The notes under the pieces: model-generated
What the model was told of the DNA's origin: nothing
Databases searched by the model: none
The model's input: the letters and a program-made list of their open reading frames with translations, nothing else
Part shown: positions 9,593-19,510 of the stretch, piece by piece
Layout of the letters: each line of letters opens with the position of its first letter
How positions within the stretch are numbered: position 1 is the first letter of the stretch
Made by a program: the position numbers and the translations under genes
From: Candidatus Bathyarchaeota archaeon
GTDB lineage: Archaea; Thermoproteota; Bathyarchaeia; Bathyarchaeales; Bathycorpusculaceae
NCBI GenBank assembly: GCA_963815095.1
Contig: CAWFFH010000003.1
Location: 704,001 to 768,000, forward strand
Reading direction: 5' to 3'
DNA length: 64,000 nt

Positions 9593-10249
9593 TTACTCTT
9601 CTTTGGGTTTGAGCTTGACGATGTCTTTCACTGGGTCAAAGCGTTTCAGTTGGTCTTCAAGCGATTTTCTTCGAACTTCCAATGTGATGTCGCCGCGTGT
9701 GGACTCGATGATTCTTCTTGCAATGTCTGATTTGTGTCTTAGTCCCGGCACAAGCATGTAAGCCTCGTCAAGTGCTAATAATTGGATGAAGACTTCGTCC
9801 ATGATTTCGAGGCATCTTTCACCTTTTTTGACTTCGCCCTCTCGTAGATTGTCAAGTGCCAGACGCCTGTATTCACCAATAACGTCCGCTAAACCTAAAA
9901 CGTAATCGACCGAGGGCACATTAATTTCTGCTGGCGTTACAAACCGGTCTTCGTTAACTAACACTAAAAAGATGTTTGCCTCTGAATACTCTTGAAGTGC
10001 CGCGCTAAGCATGCCGCCAAAGATAATTTCAGGGTACTGTTTAGCTTGGGTTTGTAGGTTTACGATTTTTTCTTTGGCACTTGCAACCATTTCTGCTGCG
10101 TCAACGAACCTTTTCTGATGAATGAGCAGAATAGCCTGTTTAGATAGGCTGGTGGCTTTGCGCATGCTTTCATGTGTTTCCTCGCGGATTTGGTTTTTCT
10201 GCATAAGCTCAGCCTTTACTGTTTGGATAACTGTTTCGAGAGAGGACAA
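9593..10249 (-). CDS. Translin/TRAX (C3PO) family protein
   Basis: ALQEYSEA, DYVLGLADVIGEYRR, LRHKSD. Confidence 0.88.
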   Translation of the reverse strand: MSSLETVIQTVKAELMQKNQIREETHESMRKATSLSKQAILLIHQKRFVDAAEMVASAKEKIVNLQTQAKQYPEIIFGGMLSAALQEYSEANIFLVLVNEDRFVTPAEINVPSVDYVLGLADVIGEYRRLALDNLREGEVKKGERCLEIMDEVFIQLLALDEAYMLVPGLRHKSDIARRIIESTRGDITLEVRRKSLEDQLKRFDPVKDIVKLKPKEE

Positions 10250-10314
10250 AACTGCACCCGCTAGGAGTTGATGGTTTGGTTGTTTATTTCAATTTCTTAA
10301 AACCTATTGTATGC

Positions 10315-10506
10315 TTACTGGGGTTGGGTGTTTGCCCATTTCTCAACAAGTAATTTACTGTCACCCAAAGCGAAGCTTACTTTGACAAAAATTGTGTCGC
10401 CGCCTTTAAATGGGAACATGCTGTCTTCCGCTAAGTCTTTAGGTAAATAGACTAAGTATTTGCCGTCTTTTCTCCGAAAGAGCCTTCCTTTTCCCTCGCT
10501 TACCAC
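10315..10506 (-). CDS. Small hypothetical protein, possibly AbrB-like swapped hairpin
   Basis: MVSEGKGRLFRRKDGKYLVYLPKDLAED; GTG start at 10506 preferred. Confidence 0.6.
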   Translation of the reverse strand: MVSEGKGRLFRRKDGKYLVYLPKDLAEDSMFPFKGGDTIFVKVSFALGDSKLLVEKWANTQPQ

Positions 10507-10688
10507 AGCATGCAACCGCTTGATTGAACAAGGCAAAAATTAAGTATTTAAATTTATCCAACTCGAGAATATTCATATTTGGAGCCTAATAACCAATAAT
10601 CGCAGAAACTCAAGAAGGTCAGACGCCCTAAGAAGAGTAGGTCTTATTGGAGTTTAAGTGCCAATAATATGTTGAAAGTAAGGGGACT

Positions 10689-11660
10689 TTAACTGGTTCC
10701 AAACTGAATCGGCTCTTTTAGCTTACTTAGCAAAACAACTCGACTCTCTGGCGCTTCATTGATGATCCTATACCCTGTCTTTTCCGCTAGTTGGGCTGAA
10801 AAATCTTTGACTTCATCATGCATTGGCATCCGATCAAAGCCCAAACGCAGATTTGAAAAGCCAATATGCATGTATGCTTTCGCTTCAATGTAGGTTGGAT
10901 TAGCTTTCTCAATAATCTTAGCATACTCCTCAGCCGAGCCCATGTTGTGTCCTTTGACCAGCGTTGTGCGGATCACGGTTGGGCAACGGAAACTCTGCAG
11001 TAAACCCAGCGTTTCGTTCACTTTTGCCCACGCGTTCGGGAAAAGGGGTCGGCAAACTTGTTTGTAAATCTGCTCGTTGGGTGCGCAAAGTGAAATGTAT
11101 AGTTGGGTGGGTTCTTGGCTTAGCTTTGAAAGTTTGGTTGGTAGTGTGCCGTTTGAAACAAGGAATGTGGTTAAGCCTTTTTGGTGGAAAGTGCGGATAA
11201 GCTCACCCAGAGGCTCATAGAGAGTTGGTTCACCTGTCAAACTAATCGCCACTTGTTTGGGCCTTTGGGCCTCTTGGAGCTTTCGCCAATCTGCCTTCTC
11301 ATTCCCCTTATAGCCGGTCAAAATTTTTTCTTGCGCCCTAAAACAGCCCTCAACGATTTCTTCGGGAGTATCTTTGCTTGGGCTTTTCATCTCATCCCAC
11401 GTCACCTCTAAATCTCCACTTTGCGCCCTCCAACAAAACAGGCATTGCTGGGTACATGAGTAAAGTGAAGGCGTCATCTGTATGCATCGGTGCGATTGAA
11501 TGCCGTAAAACTTTTGTTTATAACATGATCTTCCATTTACAATTGATTCGTAGAGCCATTTGCATCTTTTTACCGCTGAATGGCTACCGATTGAATGATA
11601 TTTTTGCTTCTTAAGCGCGGCCAAAAGCGGAGATGCAGATTGATTTTCCAATTCATACAC
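10689..11660 (-). CDS. taw1: 4-demethylwyosine synthase TYW1/Taw1 (radical SAM)
   Basis: HSAVKRCKW, CYKQKFYGI, CTQQCLFCWR (CxxxCxxC), ISLTGEPTLY, EAKAYMHIG. Confidence 0.95.
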   Translation of the reverse strand: MYELENQSASPLLAALKKQKYHSIGSHSAVKRCKWLYESIVNGRSCYKQKFYGIQSHRCIQMTPSLYSCTQQCLFCWRAQSGDLEVTWDEMKSPSKDTPEEIVEGCFRAQEKILTGYKGNEKADWRKLQEAQRPKQVAISLTGEPTLYEPLGELIRTFHQKGLTTFLVSNGTLPTKLSKLSQEPTQLYISLCAPNEQIYKQVCRPLFPNAWAKVNETLGLLQSFRCPTVIRTTLVKGHNMGSAEEYAKIIEKANPTYIEAKAYMHIGFSNLRLGFDRMPMHDEVKDFSAQLAEKTGYRIINEAPESRVVLLSKLKEPIQFGTS

Positions 11661-11845
11661 CGGTTTTCAGTAACATTAAAAAAGCGTCTTTTAAAAATCC
11701 CTATGCCTCAAAGAGGTTTTTTGAATGGAGCCACTTTTAAGCTGTTTTATCATAAATGCATCATGTTAGGGGTTTAAAAGGTAAAGTTTAAAATCAACTC
11801 TTAGTTAAATCATGAGCATCAAGTGATTAGCCCATCTATTTAGGA

Positions 11846-13939
11846 GTGCTGAGTGGTTTGAACAAGAAAATTATTGCAGTTTCCATCCTATTCCTTATGG
11901 CGTTTGCCGCAGTGTATGCGCCTCTTCAAGTTTACGCGCAGAACACCAATCTTGGCGTAAGCATTATCCTAGTAAACCCTAGCACCTCCACCGGACCAGT
12001 GGGAACTGCCGTTAACGTTCAGGGAACAATCTACGTTTCTAATGGAACCTACCAAGTTGTTCTTGGCCAAACCGTAGTTGACAAGGGAATAGCTGATGGT
12101 TATTATGTTAATTCAAACTTTACGGTTCCGCAAGTTCCAAGCGGGGCTTACGCGTTAACATTAACTGACGTAGGTATCAACGTTAACTCTACTCAAACAT
12201 TTACTGTCACAACAGGCTACTCAGTAAACGCTGTTCCTTCGACAGTTCAGGAAGGAAATACCTTGGTATTAAATGCCAGCGTTACTGGCGGTCAAGCAGA
12301 AACTTCTTACAACGCAAATATCTCTGTTGTGCTTCCAAGTCCACTTGGCACGGTTTACACAAAAATAGTTTCTTTAGGTACTGCTAATGCACAAGGTTCA
12401 GCGAATGCACAAGTAACTTTTCCTGATAGCAGCTTCTTACCCAGCGGTTCCCTTACCATCTATGCAGGAACTTACACTGTTTACTTTAACCAATCTAGCT
12501 CCTTGGCGCAAAACACGTTTTCCGTGAACTTTATCGATTCAACAACATACCATAGAGGCCAAACCGTAGTCGTTCAAGCGACAGGTTACCAGCCTAACGA
12601 AGCTGCAACCCTTACCGTAAAAAGCGTTAAAACTGGTACACAAATTGGTACTTCCTCCGTAACTGCTTCCGCTAATGGCGTAATCAGCACAAGCTGGGTT
12701 GTTCCCTCAACCGCCGACGTCGGTGACTACACCATAGCAATAGCCCCTCAAAATACTCCAAAAGCAGTAGCAGATTCAGAAACCTTCAATGTTCCAGGAT
12801 ACGCTATTTCAGTTCACACAACCAATTTAGCAGGCGAAGTAGTTCCTGATATAGCGGTTCAGGTTATAGATGGATCAACTGGAGCAATCTATAATGCTGT
12901 TAGTGATTCGAATGGTCTTTCAAACTTTAATCTCGAAAAAGGTCCTCAAGGTCTGACTGCTTCTTGGAATGGCGTTAATGTTGGGACAACAAACATAACC
13001 GTTAGCGCAGACGCTACAGTTACCCTGCTGTGCCAGTTAACTGACATCAAGATGACGGTCAAAAACACTGAAGGGATTGTAATGCCCTTTGTTACCTTAA
13101 ACGTGGTGTACCAGTATCAAAGTGGCGGTAGCACCAAAACTGGGAACGCCACTGCAATAACCGATTCTTCAGGAAGCTTCACATTAAACTCAACCTTAGC
13201 AATAGCAAGTTACGCGATTGATGCGTCAGTATATAATGAAATATTCAACGCAGGCAATAACACAGTCAGTAACCTTCCAACAGTGGCAACTGCACAAGTA
13301 TTCATTATTTGTCCAAGCGAGACTCTAACCCTCAACGTGGTCGGTTACAATCAAGCGGCACTATCCGGTGCTCGCATAGAACTAGTTGAATTATCTAATG
13401 GCTTGTTCTATTCTGTCACAACTGACAACAGCGGTTCAGCTTCAACTCAAGCTACTTTCGGAATGTATCGAGCAAGAGTCTACGTTGGTAATACCTTGAT
13501 TAATCAAACAAATCTGCAAGTTTTCAGTAACAGCCAACAGCAAATCCGTTGTACCCTCTATGGAATTCAGCTTTCAGTAAAAGTTGTCGACTTCTTTGGT
13601 ACCCCAATCTCAAACGTCAATGTTACGCTTAACGGCCCAGAAAAAGTCTCAATTACTACCCGAAGCGATGGATCAGCCACGTTCAACAACATCGTTGGCG
13701 GCAACATACAAATAATCGCTCAAGCTTCCGGAGCACAAGATGCGTACCAAGCCACAACCTTAACTGTTAACCAGCCAACTTCCGTGCAGATAAAAATCGA
13801 CAAATACGTTGCTCTTGGATCATTGTTGGTTCCAACAAGTTTACTCATCTCAATGCTGATAGTGCTTGTAGCCATAATCTTGTTTGTTATAGTGGAAGTA
13901 ATTAGGCGAACAAGAGCTAAACGTGCCGTTGCAACCTAA
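11846..13939 (+). CDS. Large secreted/membrane-anchored beta-rich surface protein (Ig-like/carboxypeptidase-regulatory-like repeats)
   Basis: N-terminal signal peptide, Thr/Ser/Asn-rich repeats of the TDxxG type, C-terminal TM plus basic tail. Confidence 0.8.
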   Translation: MLSGLNKKIIAVSILFLMAFAAVYAPLQVYAQNTNLGVSIILVNPSTSTGPVGTAVNVQGTIYVSNGTYQVVLGQTVVDKGIADGYYVNSNFTVPQVPSGAYALTLTDVGINVNSTQTFTVTTGYSVNAVPSTVQEGNTLVLNASVTGGQAETSYNANISVVLPSPLGTVYTKIVSLGTANAQGSANAQVTFPDSSFLPSGSLTIYAGTYTVYFNQSSSLAQNTFSVNFIDSTTYHRGQTVVVQATGYQPNEAATLTVKSVKTGTQIGTSSVTASANGVISTSWVVPSTADVGDYTIAIAPQNTPKAVADSETFNVPGYAISVHTTNLAGEVVPDIAVQVIDGSTGAIYNAVSDSNGLSNFNLEKGPQGLTASWNGVNVGTTNITVSADATVTLLCQLTDIKMTVKNTEGIVMPFVTLNVVYQYQSGGSTKTGNATAITDSSGSFTLNSTLAIASYAIDASVYNEIFNAGNNTVSNLPTVATAQVFIICPSETLTLNVVGYNQAALSGARIELVELSNGLFYSVTTDNSGSASTQATFGMYRARVYVGNTLINQTNLQVFSNSQQQIRCTLYGIQLSVKVVDFFGTPISNVNVTLNGPEKVSITTRSDGSATFNNIVGGNIQIIAQASGAQDAYQATTLTVNQPTSVQIKIDKYVALGSLLVPTSLLISMLIVLVAIILFVIVEVIRRTRAKRAVAT

Positions 13940-14047
13940 ATTTAGCCTTTTATTAGAAAAAAGTTTATATGGTTTCCAAATCATCTAAAGAAAACTAAGG
14001 ACCATAACAAAACACAATATTTTGATTCGACAATTGAGGTATATCTG

Positions 14048-14335
14048 TTGGCTCAATCAAAAGCTTGTTCTCCAGCATGTCAATCTTTTAAATGTGCAAA
14101 AAACTCCCTCTTATACAGACGGGACTCTATTTGGTGCAAAGAAACCGAAGAACAGTGCAACGTCGCAAAATGCACTTATTCAATGTGCATGAAAAGACGA
14201 ATGCTACCTGAAGGAATCTGCGGCGAGACAGTTAAGCGACAAACTGTTGAGAAAGACGTCGACGACTTCTTTGATGATTCAGTAAAAATAAAAGGTAAAG
14301 CACTGCGCAAACTTGGAGACCAAGACTTCTATTAA
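14048..14335 (+). CDS. Cys-rich hypothetical protein
   Basis: Eight Cys in the N-terminal half; GAGGT upstream of the TTG start. Confidence 0.7.
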   Translation: MAQSKACSPACQSFKCAKNSLLYRRDSIWCKETEEQCNVAKCTYSMCMKRRMLPEGICGETVKRQTVEKDVDDFFDDSVKIKGKALRKLGDQDFY

Positions 14336-14358
14336 AAATAAAGGTTAAAACAAATTAG

Positions 14359-14376
14359 CTCGTGCAAAGGCACGAG
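14359..14376. terminator. Hairpin between convergent genes
   Basis: CTCGTGC-AAAG-GCACGAG perfect 7-bp stem. Confidence 0.4.
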
Positions 14377-14385
14377 TTTCCCAGT

Positions 14386-14547
14386 CTATTTAGATTTAAC
14401 CCGTTTAACTACTGGCGGCTTAACCTTCTTTAGAATCCTGTAACCACAAATAATGCATTTGGTTTCTCCGCCACGTAACTCTAATTCTTCAGAGGGGACT
14501 CTTGAGCCGCATCTCATGCATTCATAAACAATTCCAGATTTTTCCAT
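14386..14547 (-). CDS. rpoP: RNA polymerase subunit P (Rpo12), 53 aa
   Basis: YECMRCG...KCIICGYRILKK...VKRVK; start at ATG 14547 rather than the track start at 14661. Confidence 0.93.
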   Translation of the reverse strand: MEKSGIVYECMRCGSRVPSEELELRGGETKCIICGYRILKKVKPPVVKRVKSK

Positions 14548-14624
14548 TGGGAACGCCTGTCGTACAAAGAAAAGCATTTTACTTTTAAACATTTCCAATA
14601 ATTGCTGATAATGAGGATGAATAG

Positions 14625-15485
14625 TTGAGAAAACGACTCCGCGACAAGCTTTCAGAGGCACTTCCGCCCGAACAGTTACGGAAAGTTTACAATTCTTTTG
14701 ATGTCATAGGCGACATAGCTATTATCAAACACAACAATATCCAAAACCCTGAAGCTTTAGCGAAACAGATCATGACTGTCAACGGGAACATAAAAACTGT
14801 TTTTACCCCAATTACTCGCATCGCTGGAGATTTTAGAGTTAGAAAGTTAAAGCTTTTGGCGGGAGAAAACAAAACTATCACAATTCATAAGGAATCAGAA
14901 TGCACTTTTAGGGTTGATGTTGAGAAATGCTATTTTTCACCTAGATTATCGTTTGAGCACAAACGTATCGCAGGACAAGTTAAGTCAGGCGAGGTGATTG
15001 TTAACATGTTTGCAGGGGTCGGATGCTTTAGTATACTCATAGCTAAGGCTCAGCCGCAAAGCAAGGTTTATTCGATTGATATTAACCCAACCGCAGTTGA
15101 ATGTATGGAAGAGAACATTAGAGTCAACGAAGTAGCCGGTCGGGTTTTTCCGTTGCTGGGTGATGCAAAAGACATAATTCAAGCCCAATTGCAAGGCAGT
15201 GCTGACCGTGTGCTGATGCCTCTGCCCGAAAAAGCCCTCGAGTACCTACCCTACGCCCTGTCAGCGCTCAAAAGAACAGGCGGCTGGTTGCATTATTACG
15301 ACTTCCAACATGCTCCTGGAAAAGAAGATCCTGCAGAGAAAACCAAACTAAAAGTTGCTCAAAAACTCGATGCCTTAGGTGTAAGGTACGAGTTTGCGAA
15401 TTCACGTATAATGCGTCCTACGGGTCCAAACTGGTACCAAACTGTTCTAGATATTCATGTAATAGCTTTGCCAAGCAAGTTTTAA
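14625..15485 (+). CDS. Trm5/Taw2 (Met-10+) family tRNA G37/wyosine-pathway SAM-dependent transferase
   Basis: FDVIGDIAII, YFSPRL, NMFAGVG, DINP, RVLMPLP. Confidence 0.88.
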   Translation: MRKRLRDKLSEALPPEQLRKVYNSFDVIGDIAIIKHNNIQNPEALAKQIMTVNGNIKTVFTPITRIAGDFRVRKLKLLAGENKTITIHKESECTFRVDVEKCYFSPRLSFEHKRIAGQVKSGEVIVNMFAGVGCFSILIAKAQPQSKVYSIDINPTAVECMEENIRVNEVAGRVFPLLGDAKDIIQAQLQGSADRVLMPLPEKALEYLPYALSALKRTGGWLHYYDFQHAPGKEDPAEKTKLKVAQKLDALGVRYEFANSRIMRPTGPNWYQTVLDIHVIALPSKF

Positions 15486-15520
15486 TAAGTCAACAGGCAA
15501 TTCTAATTCGTGGAAACCCA

Positions 15521-15790
15521 ATGAAACGCAAATTAATGGAAATCCTTGCCTGCCCAATCGATAAATATCATCCTTTGGAACTTCACGTCTTCGAAGAAAA
15601 AGACGAAATAGTGGAAGGATTAATCGTTTGCCCTAAATGTCTCCGCTGGTACCCAATCCGTGATGAGATCCCAGAAATGCTACCTGACGAACTACGCAAA
15701 GCAGATGATGATTTACCGTTTTTGAAGAAATGGAAGGAAAAAGCACCTCAGAAAATCGTTTCTGAAGGCAAGCCTTTTAACCTAAAATAA
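15521..15790 (+). CDS. trm112: Trm112 methyltransferase activator
   Basis: LMEILACPIDK...EGLIVCPKCLRWYPIRDEIPEML. Confidence 0.92.
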   Translation: MKRKLMEILACPIDKYHPLELHVFEEKDEIVEGLIVCPKCLRWYPIRDEIPEMLPDELRKADDDLPFLKKWKEKAPQKIVSEGKPFNLK

Positions 15791-15793
15791 TTT

Positions 15794-16744
15794 TTATTTT
15801 TTTAATTGTATTGCCTTGTTTTTTGCTGACGACTGCATTGCTGCAGTGGCGACTGTTAGGGCTCTCACGCCGTCTTCGCCTGTTACGATGGGTTTCTTTT
15901 TCTCAACTATGCAGTCGACGAAGTGTTGGAGTTCGGCTTTTAGTGGTTCTTGGAATGGGGTTCTAGGTTGTACCGATTGGGTTTGTTGTTCAATCCACAA
16001 GTCTTGCGTGATATAGTCCAGTCTCATTATGGCGTCGCTTCCTGTTACTGTTAAGGAGCGGGTTTTGTAGGGTGTGAGCCAGTTAGATTCTATGAATGCG
16101 CTTTTACCATCTTTGTAGGTAAGCATTATTTGGGCGTAGTCTTCGAACTTTTTGATTCTCATACTACCCATCTTTGCATAAACAGAAGTCGGGTCCTCTC
16201 CAGAAATAAACCGCATGACATCAATGTCGTGGATGGCTGTGTCTTTGACAACGCCGACATCTCCTATTCTCTCAGGCCACTGTGAAACACGCTTAGCTGT
16301 AGCGCAGACCAATTCCCCGATTTTTTTGTTCTCAACAGATTGGCGAATAGTTTGCAGGCCAGGTATGAACCTCATCAAGAATCCAACGGTCAAATGTAGG
16401 CCGTTTTCTTGTGCAGTTTGCACTAGTTTCTCTGCCAGCTGAGGGTTAGTTGCCATTGGCTTTTCTACCAAAACATGTTTTCCTGCGTTTAGAGCTTTGA
16501 GGGCTTCTTTAGCCAGAATTGTTGACCAAGTACATACGTTTACGGCTTCAATAGATTTGTCTTTTAGCATTTGTGTGCTATCAGAGTAAGCTTTTACTCC
16601 ATACTGGGCTGCCATGGCTTTGGCTCTTTCAGAATTAACGTCGCATATGGCTACAAGTTCAGTTGAAGGGAGTTCTTTGTAGACTCTTGCATGGTTTTTT
16701 CCCCATTGTCCAGTTCCGATAACTGCTACGCCAAGTTTGTTCAA
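15794..16744 (-). CDS. Gfo/Idh/MocA oxidoreductase (UDP-GlcNAc 3-dehydrogenase-like)
   Basis: GTGQWG, HVLVEKP, DTAIHDID. Confidence 0.9.
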   Translation of the reverse strand: MNKLGVAVIGTGQWGKNHARVYKELPSTELVAICDVNSERAKAMAAQYGVKAYSDSTQMLKDKSIEAVNVCTWSTILAKEALKALNAGKHVLVEKPMATNPQLAEKLVQTAQENGLHLTVGFLMRFIPGLQTIRQSVENKKIGELVCATAKRVSQWPERIGDVGVVKDTAIHDIDVMRFISGEDPTSVYAKMGSMRIKKFEDYAQIMLTYKDGKSAFIESNWLTPYKTRSLTVTGSDAIMRLDYITQDLWIEQQTQSVQPRTPFQEPLKAELQHFVDCIVEKKKPIVTGEDGVRALTVATAAMQSSAKNKAIQLKK

Positions 16745-18069
16745 GTCTTATCAGTTCCTCTACCTAAGCCACAGTATATGAAGCCTTCTGCCTCGACTTT
16801 TTGAGGTTCAAAAATACCGATTAAATCAACGATGGCGCAGGGAGTTTTCATAAGGGCTTTAAGTTTTTTTAGGTTTAATTTTTTGAACTGTTCCTGTCCA
16901 GTTAAGACCACTATGCAGTCTGTGCCCTCCACTGCCTCGTTTAAACTGGTTTTCACAACACGCCACTCTTGCGGTCCCACCTTTGCAATTGGATCATAGA
17001 GACTGGGTTTAGCACCTTTCTGCTCAATCATCTTAACAAAAACACCTGTCGCGGTCACAGGGTTGGCCGTGCCTAAAACCGCGATCTTTGCCCTCCGCAA
17101 AGGTTTACCTGCTTTTCTTAGAGTTGACTGCGTTAAGTTTACGGCGTGTTTAACCATATCCTCGTTAATCTGCCTTGCCAACGCTGGAAGTCTAAGTTTT
17201 GCATTCAAGCTTTCCGCGCTGTCAAGCAGCAAATACGCTTCGTTACCGTGTTCTTCCTCTACAATTGTCGGCCAGAAACTGGAGTCGCCAAGGTCCAGCA
17301 GTTTTAAAACTTTGAAATAGTCAGTGTTTGCGTTTTCGCAGAAAACTGACAGCTCGTTAGCCAATGCCCTGTTTGCATCTTGTTTGGCTACGGCAAATAG
17401 TGTGGCTGTTTCTGCCAGTTTTAGGTCGTTGATTTCTTTTACTCTTTTTGAGACCGTTTTAAAGATCGTTGAAGCTGCGTTTAAACTGGTTTGATCATTA
17501 GCCGCAACTTTTAACTCCGAATTCGCAATTGAGACATCTCCTGACAAGATTGGGTTGTAGGCTAAACCAAAATCTACCCCTGCTTTGAATCCAGAAGTGT
17601 TCTCCAACGTTTCCTTCACAGTGCCCTCGGTGAAACCGATACCTGCGACACCACCATAGATAACCAGCGCCCCCTTCTGGAGTGCCGCGCCAACCTGTTT
17701 GCAGGCGCTAACTACCTGGGAGTAATCCGTTTTTTTCTGCTCGTCAACTTTTGCTCCAATAGCCACCACGATGATGTCGCTTTGGGAAACAGATTTTTTT
17801 CGTTCATCGCTTACGCATATCTGACCCGAGTTGATATGGCTCTTTAGGTTAGCTTCAACCTGCACCTGTGAGCTGGATGTTTTTCCTTTTGCTACTTTTT
17901 TTATAACCGTTGGGTCAGCGTCTGTGCAGACAACGCGAAAACCTGCTTCTGCAAAAGCGTTAGCGTACAAGATTCCTTTCTGCCCGCATCCGATAACGAT
18001 TACAGTATATTTTGAGCGTTTTTCGTTGGTGTCTACCTCTTCAGGTTTCAGGTTCAGAACTGGGGGCAT
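16741..18069 (-). CDS. UDP-glucose/GDP-mannose/UDP-ManNAc dehydrogenase family protein, catalytic motifs degenerate
   Basis: Rossmann GCGQKG, DFGLAY.P, ALANEL, ARQINEDM, LYDP and D..V..T present; PER, catalytic Lys and GGxC absent. Confidence 0.8.
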   Translation of the reverse strand: MPPVLNLKPEEVDTNEKRSKYTVIVIGCGQKGILYANAFAEAGFRVVCTDADPTVIKKVAKGKTSSSQVQVEANLKSHINSGQICVSDERKKSVSQSDIIVVAIGAKVDEQKKTDYSQVVSACKQVGAALQKGALVIYGGVAGIGFTEGTVKETLENTSGFKAGVDFGLAYNPILSGDVSIANSELKVAANDQTSLNAASTIFKTVSKRVKEINDLKLAETATLFAVAKQDANRALANELSVFCENANTDYFKVLKLLDLGDSSFWPTIVEEEHGNEAYLLLDSAESLNAKLRLPALARQINEDMVKHAVNLTQSTLRKAGKPLRRAKIAVLGTANPVTATGVFVKMIEQKGAKPSLYDPIAKVGPQEWRVVKTSLNEAVEGTDCIVVLTGQEQFKKLNLKKLKALMKTPCAIVDLIGIFEPQKVEAEGFIYCGLGRGTDKT

Positions 18070-18098
18070 AGGCTTTCTTTTCCCGCAAATTGAGGTTG

Positions 18099-19469
18099 TT
18101 ATATTGTTTGAAGGATTTTCTTAAGCCTTGTGCTATAGTCTTCCACTAGTTCTAATGCTCTTGCTTGGCTTTTTGCTTCAGCGTACAAACGGAAAACAGG
18201 TTCGGTTCCGCTAGGACGAATAAGAATCGCGCTAGCGTCGCTAAACCAGATTTTGACTCCGTCGATGGTGGATACGTTTTCGTTCTTAACTTCCTCGTAG
18301 ATTTTTTGTTGCAAAACCAATTTCTTCTCGTCAGGGCACTCGATTTTTCCTTTCTCAATGAAATACTGCGGCTGCTCAGCAACAAGTTCAGCAAGCGACT
18401 TTCCCGTCTCCGCCATGATGTTAAGAAGCAGAACGGTGGTCATTGCGCCGTCTCGGACAGCTTGGTGGGGGCGATAGAATATTCCCCCGTTTTCTTCTCC
18501 TCCTAAATCGGCGTTTTCAGCTTTCATAGTCTGCGAAACAGTTACGCTTCCTACTTTTGTCCAAATTAATTGTCCTTTGTAGGCTTCCACCGTGTCTTTT
18601 ATTAGTGTAGAGGAACTTACTGGCGTTACGATTTTTGCGCCTGGATTCTTGAGAAGATACTGCTTTATCACAACTGCGAAGGTTTTGTCTCCCCAGTAAA
18701 TTGTGCCGTTGCCGTCGGTGAAGATGGATCGGTCTGCGTCCCCGTCGAAAGCAACACCCATGTCGCCGCCGATGGCTTTAACCGTCGCTGACAATTCGCC
18801 AAGGTTTTCAGGGCGTGGTTCAGGCAATCTTCCTGGAAAGGTTCCATCTATGTTGGCGTTTATAGTTGTGACTTTGCAGCCAAGTTCTCTTAACAGTGGC
18901 GGCAGAGCGATTCCTCCAACGCTGTTTGCGGCGTCCACTACAACGTGGAAGTGTGCGTTGGCGATTTTTGTTTTGTTAACCTGTTTTTTGACTGCGTCTT
19001 TGTATTCACCGTTGATTCCCAGCAACTCTCGTTTCTCACCCAACTGGTCCCAGGGGGCATAGACGATTTTGTTGTCAAAGTAAATGTTCTCTATCTCAGT
19101 TTCCTGCTCATGGGATGTTTCGATACCGTCGCTCCAAATCACTTTGATGCCGTTGTATTCTGGCGGGTTATGCGAAGCCGAAATGATTACTCCGCCGTCC
19201 ATACTGTGGTTTTTAGTTGCAAACTGGATAGCTGGCGTCGATGCCATACCCGCAAAGTAAACGTTGCAGCCTGTAGACATTAATCCAGAAATCACAGCTC
19301 TTGCGAACATTGGTCCGCTAGTTCGCGCATCGTACCCTAAAAGTACGTTTTTGTTTTTTCCAAAAAAAGTTCCAATGCATGCTCCAACTTTAATGGCCAT
19401 TTCAGGCGTTAATTCTACGTTGACTAATCCTCGGATTCCGTTCGTTCCAAAAAGTTTCCGTGTGCTCAT
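18099..19469 (-). CDS. glmM: Phosphoglucosamine mutase / phosphohexomutase
   Basis: LFGTNGIRG, SASHNP, DGDADR, GEENGG, IRPSGTEP. Confidence 0.92.
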   Translation of the reverse strand: MSTRKLFGTNGIRGLVNVELTPEMAIKVGACIGTFFGKNKNVLLGYDARTSGPMFARAVISGLMSTGCNVYFAGMASTPAIQFATKNHSMDGGVIISASHNPPEYNGIKVIWSDGIETSHEQETEIENIYFDNKIVYAPWDQLGEKRELLGINGEYKDAVKKQVNKTKIANAHFHVVVDAANSVGGIALPPLLRELGCKVTTINANIDGTFPGRLPEPRPENLGELSATVKAIGGDMGVAFDGDADRSIFTDGNGTIYWGDKTFAVVIKQYLLKNPGAKIVTPVSSSTLIKDTVEAYKGQLIWTKVGSVTVSQTMKAENADLGGEENGGIFYRPHQAVRDGAMTTVLLLNIMAETGKSLAELVAEQPQYFIEKGKIECPDEKKLVLQQKIYEEVKNENVSTIDGVKIWFSDASAILIRPSGTEPVFRLYAEAKSQARALELVEDYSTRLKKILQTI

Positions 19470-19510
19470 ACAAATTCAACTCAGTCCTATTTAACAAACA
19501 AGTCTAGGTT

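Noticed and set aside
14548-14661. N-terminal extension of rpoP in the ORF track
   Set aside because: It overlaps the divergent Trm5-family start; Rpo12 homology begins at ATG 14547.
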